A stretch of DNA of 64,000 nucleotides, from the NCBI GenBank assembly GCA_043228905.1, contig JBHGNT010000017.1, forward strand, positions 2,604,001 through 2,668,000. The letters are read 5' to 3'. A program made the translations under genes and the position numbers. The notes beneath the pieces are model-generated. The model searched no databases, had not been told where the DNA came from, and was given only the letters and a program-made list of their open reading frames with translations. The stretch comes from Azolla caroliniana (lineage: Eukaryota; Plantae; Polypodiophyta). Of the stretch, positions 60,332 to 64,000 are shown piece by piece; position 1 is the first letter of the stretch, and each line of letters begins with the position of its first letter.

Positions 60332-62545
60332 CTAATGAAATAGATAGTACACTATCAAAAGCAGGAGAACGGCCACAATGGTAAGACAGCATAAACTTAG
60401 AATCTGTCGGATTCGTGGGTTCCAATACCTGCTGATCTTTTCTTTAGTCTGATGCATAATAATAACCAGGATTGCAAAATTTGTCAGATTAAACATCTCC
60501 TAAGAAAATATAGATTCCCTATAAACTGTCAATGCATGGGTACCAACCTTCATTCGTAATGTTGGTGAATTACTCTCCTGGCTCTGAAGAGTCATCATAA
60601 AACAACATAGAGGAAGGGTAAGTACAAAATGATGATGAATTGAGGAAAGAAAAATATCGGACGAATCGTTGTATGTTCACATGCTTACCGAAAGTAGTGG
60701 AGTATGCAGGTTCATATCTTCTGCTATGTCCACAGAGGCATTCACTTTTTCTTTTCTGGCTGTATCAGCTATTCCATTGCAGTTGAAATCAATGAATGAA
60801 TTGATACAATTGTGAGGTAACTGTAGTAGGTCATGGTGTTACCTTTATTTATCAAACTAAGATCAAAGATGTCTCTGTCTTCGCATGCACTTTCTTCCTT
60901 TCCACTAGCATGAAGCAACATCCTACAAATGTATTAGCAATGTGTTAAACTAACATGCATCCCTCTAAAAAGCATTATCTTCCATTCCATGAAGCATCCT
61001 ACAATTTAGTAACACAACTTAAAATTCAATTTGGCATGCTTCATAAACTGTACAATGATGATTATTATAACATCAAGAGAACCCCACACCATGCATATAA
61101 CATTCATATGAAAGGTAACAGAGGCCTTAAAATGTCTACATATCCATCAGAAATGCTCCCCTTACCTATTTGTAGGCGATGTGCTAAAACTTGCTGCCAT
61201 TTGATTCGTCTTGAAACGTACACCCAACAGCATATCTTGTCTTCGGTATAGCTCCTCATCATCCCTACAGAATTAAATGTGTGTCAGGATTCCAGTGATA
61301 CATTTTATTTTAGGCATCTATTTACACAGTTTTAGATAGATTGAACATTAGCATGTACACATCACATCCTCTTAAAGATGGTCCAATTGAGATATTATTA
61401 GAATTTAGAAGTATTAATGTAACTACCCAATTTCGCCCGAAGAATTCTCCTTTTTATCATCTTTGGATCTTCATTATTATTATAATTTGTTTAGGACGCT
61501 TTATTCACATGGATTGTTAACAGGGGCTGAGAGTTTAAATCACCTCTTTATACTTTTATGTGCAGTATACATGGGATTTTTTTCATCTGCAATTCACATG
61601 GTATATCAACATTATTGCTATCTGTCTTTTGCATGTGCTCAATAAGATGGACGCATCAATTGGCATTTATCACAGTAAAGAGAGTTTATTTTCGCATGTA
61701 AATATCATCATCACCCGAGTCCTTGAAGTTGAAAGATTACTTCAGAGCAGCGAAGACCTGAATGGTGATGTAGTTTTTATCACTAAATGCTGATATATAA
61801 TAGAACAGGAGACTTTTTGTGTTTCGTTTGTGTCTGACATATACTGTGTATTAATATTGACATATATAATAGAATAGGAAACTTTTGCATTTTTTATGTC
61901 AAGTTCTATCTTGTGTATACTGATTAATAAAAACAGCTCGAGAGTTTTGAATGCAATTCAAAAGGCTGGATGTAAATCATACCTAAACAATCAAATGGCT
62001 TGTTCGACATCATTCCTAAAACCAGGAATTTGAAGGACAAATCATTGATAGGGACATGACTAATTCACAATCCTAAACCCAGAAAGTCAATGCATCAATC
62101 ATTATCTACTTACTTAATATACTTATTGATTGTTTATGTTCCTTAATAATAGTGAATTATGAGACAAAACAATAGAAATTACGGAATTCTAGCAGGACAA
62201 GTATATGTTACCATCTACTTTTGTTCTGTTTGTAAGTACATTGCAACCAGAGTTCTAGTGAAGAGGAGATGAGAGAACATGGGCCATTGCGATATATAAT
62301 AATGGAGAGATGATACAAAACAGCACTTACAGGATGGGTTTGTCGGGTGGGTTCTGAAGTAATGATTCGAGTCTATCCAAGCAAGTCCCTAGCACAGTGA
62401 TCTTGCGCCTTGTAGAAGAGACAAGCTGACCGGGGTCTCCACCAGAAGAGAGGATCGAATCACGCTCCCTGAGCCGATTAGAGATATCATCGGCAAGCTT
62501 CATAGCCTCGTCAAACTCTTTTAGCCATGTATCAGATATGGCCAT
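60332..62545 (-). CDS. Divergent syntaxin-5x (SYP51/52-like Qc-SNARE), about 6 exons
   Basis: Exon 1 MAISDTWLKEFDEAMKLADDI...RRKITVLGTCLDRLESLL matches the SYP5 N-terminus. Predicted exons 62545-62331, 61264-61166 (DEELYRRQDML), 60922-60843, 60768-60689 and 60583-60548. A last exon encodes a TM helix ILSLCCLTIVAVLLLLIVYYLFH*; its acceptor is uncertain. Confidence 0.8.
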
Positions 62546-62704
62546 TTCTCACCTGCACCTTCTTCTTCTTCTTCTTCTTCTTCTTCTTCTCCTCCTCCTC
62601 CTCCTCCTCCTCCTATAAGCTTGCCACTAGTTATGCATGATTATGGGAGAGGGCAAGGGAGATGGAGGAGCTCGATGCAGAGATGATCTCTCTTCCCCTG
62701 TGAT

Positions 62705-62751
<47 letters not shown>

Positions 62752-64000
62752 GAGAGACTTCTGTTATTTGTATACATTATTTATTTAGTTGCTTAGCCAA
62801 AGGGGAAATGGGTGCTCATGTGAGAAACACATGCATGTGTCGAAAATCGACAACTCGGAATGTGTTTTGTTTGCTTTGGGTTTCTCGGACCCAAAACCTA
62901 GGATGGGGTTGTCGGCTTCCCGCTCCTGGAACTCGACATGGGTTTCTTCAAGGTCCCTGTTACTACACCATATAGAATTGGAACGAGAACTGTCTTTTGC
63001 TAGGTCCCCATATCGACACAAATCATGCATGCTTTGGAACTAACTCACTCTCTTTTGCCAAATCCCATACTCGGCCATGCATGCTTCAAACACTGGAACC
63101 TTCTTATCCCTCGGACAATGACAATTATCGTTATTATGTTCCCGCTCCTAGAGTTCGTTCGGCTTTTTGTCACCAAGTCAACCTAACACATTTCGGTTTT
63201 GTGTCACCTATCACCTAGGGCATTCATGTTATTAGGATGGACTGAATGTTCATGTCATGTTGTTCCTTACCTATCGATGTCCCAATACCATACTCCATAT
63301 CACACCTTTTTTAACCTAATGGACTAATCATGTATGTGAACATAAACATCTCGTCATGCACAAAGCGCATAAATCTCATCTTATGTCTTGCAATCAGTGA
63401 AATTTTTCTGAAAACCATCACATGCATACTATCAACAATTGTATACATTTAATTACAGTGCACGTAGAGAATATAAGACCCATATTGGAGTTGGATTTGA
63501 AAGGAATGAGTCTACAAGCACTACATTGGTGATAGGAACTAGTTAGTTGCCTTACGTATGGAGACATATGTTAAATGATGAAATGATTAAGTTTTTCAAA
63601 GTTCTAATCTTTGAATATTGGGGAAAGAAGGAGAATTAGGCTATGTTATCATCAACACTATTAAGATTCTAAAGTAAAAGTCTTATATGATGGTTATCTA
63701 GTTGCATTGAATCTTAATGCATGATTAGAAATTCTCTAAGGTAGAATTTGTATGATTCCAAGAGTGCCCACGTTATTATCAATTAGTCCCGCAACCTTTG
63801 TTGTGTGTGATTGTGTAACACCATTTATGGGTAAAGATACTAGAGTCCAGGGACCATGTATATATACATATACTTATCATTGCAAACATAGATATTCTTT
63901 AGTGACATTGTCATTTTCAAGCCCTTTTCCACATTCAATGTTGTTTAGATATTTTATAAAGATTTCATTAAACTAATATTTCAATAACAAACCTGTAGCA

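Noticed and set aside
61755-61795. C/D-box-like TGATG...CTGA
   Set aside because: Too short, with an imperfect C box and no evident terminal stem or guide.

Overview
Eukaryotic land-plant nuclear DNA: GT-AG introns, microsatellites, PLS-type PPR genes and many decayed transposons. The PPR style suggests a fern, but that is inference. Six host genes are supported: an SMR-type CDK inhibitor (+), two intronless PLS PPR genes (+), a syntaxin-6 N-terminal-domain protein (-), an Lsi2-like silicon/metalloid efflux transporter (-) and a divergent SYP5-like syntaxin (-). A decayed inverted copy of the first PPR gene forms a ~2-kb-arm inverted repeat with it. The 33.7-58.3 kb region is mostly TE-derived: a decayed Ty3/gypsy element, L1-like LINE fragments, a solo LTR with TSD, hAT-like ends, and a nested stack (LINE, then copia B, then copia A plus a young 5.66-kb LTR element). 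That young element is the most unusual object. It has near-identical LTRs, a 5-bp TSD, a tRNA-Asp PBS, an 18/72-bp higher-order repeat leader, a Gag with four zinc knuckles, no recognisable pol, and a ~445-codon ORF of unknown function. All calls were made by eye from the sequence and ORF track. No database searches were run, and exon boundaries are predictions.
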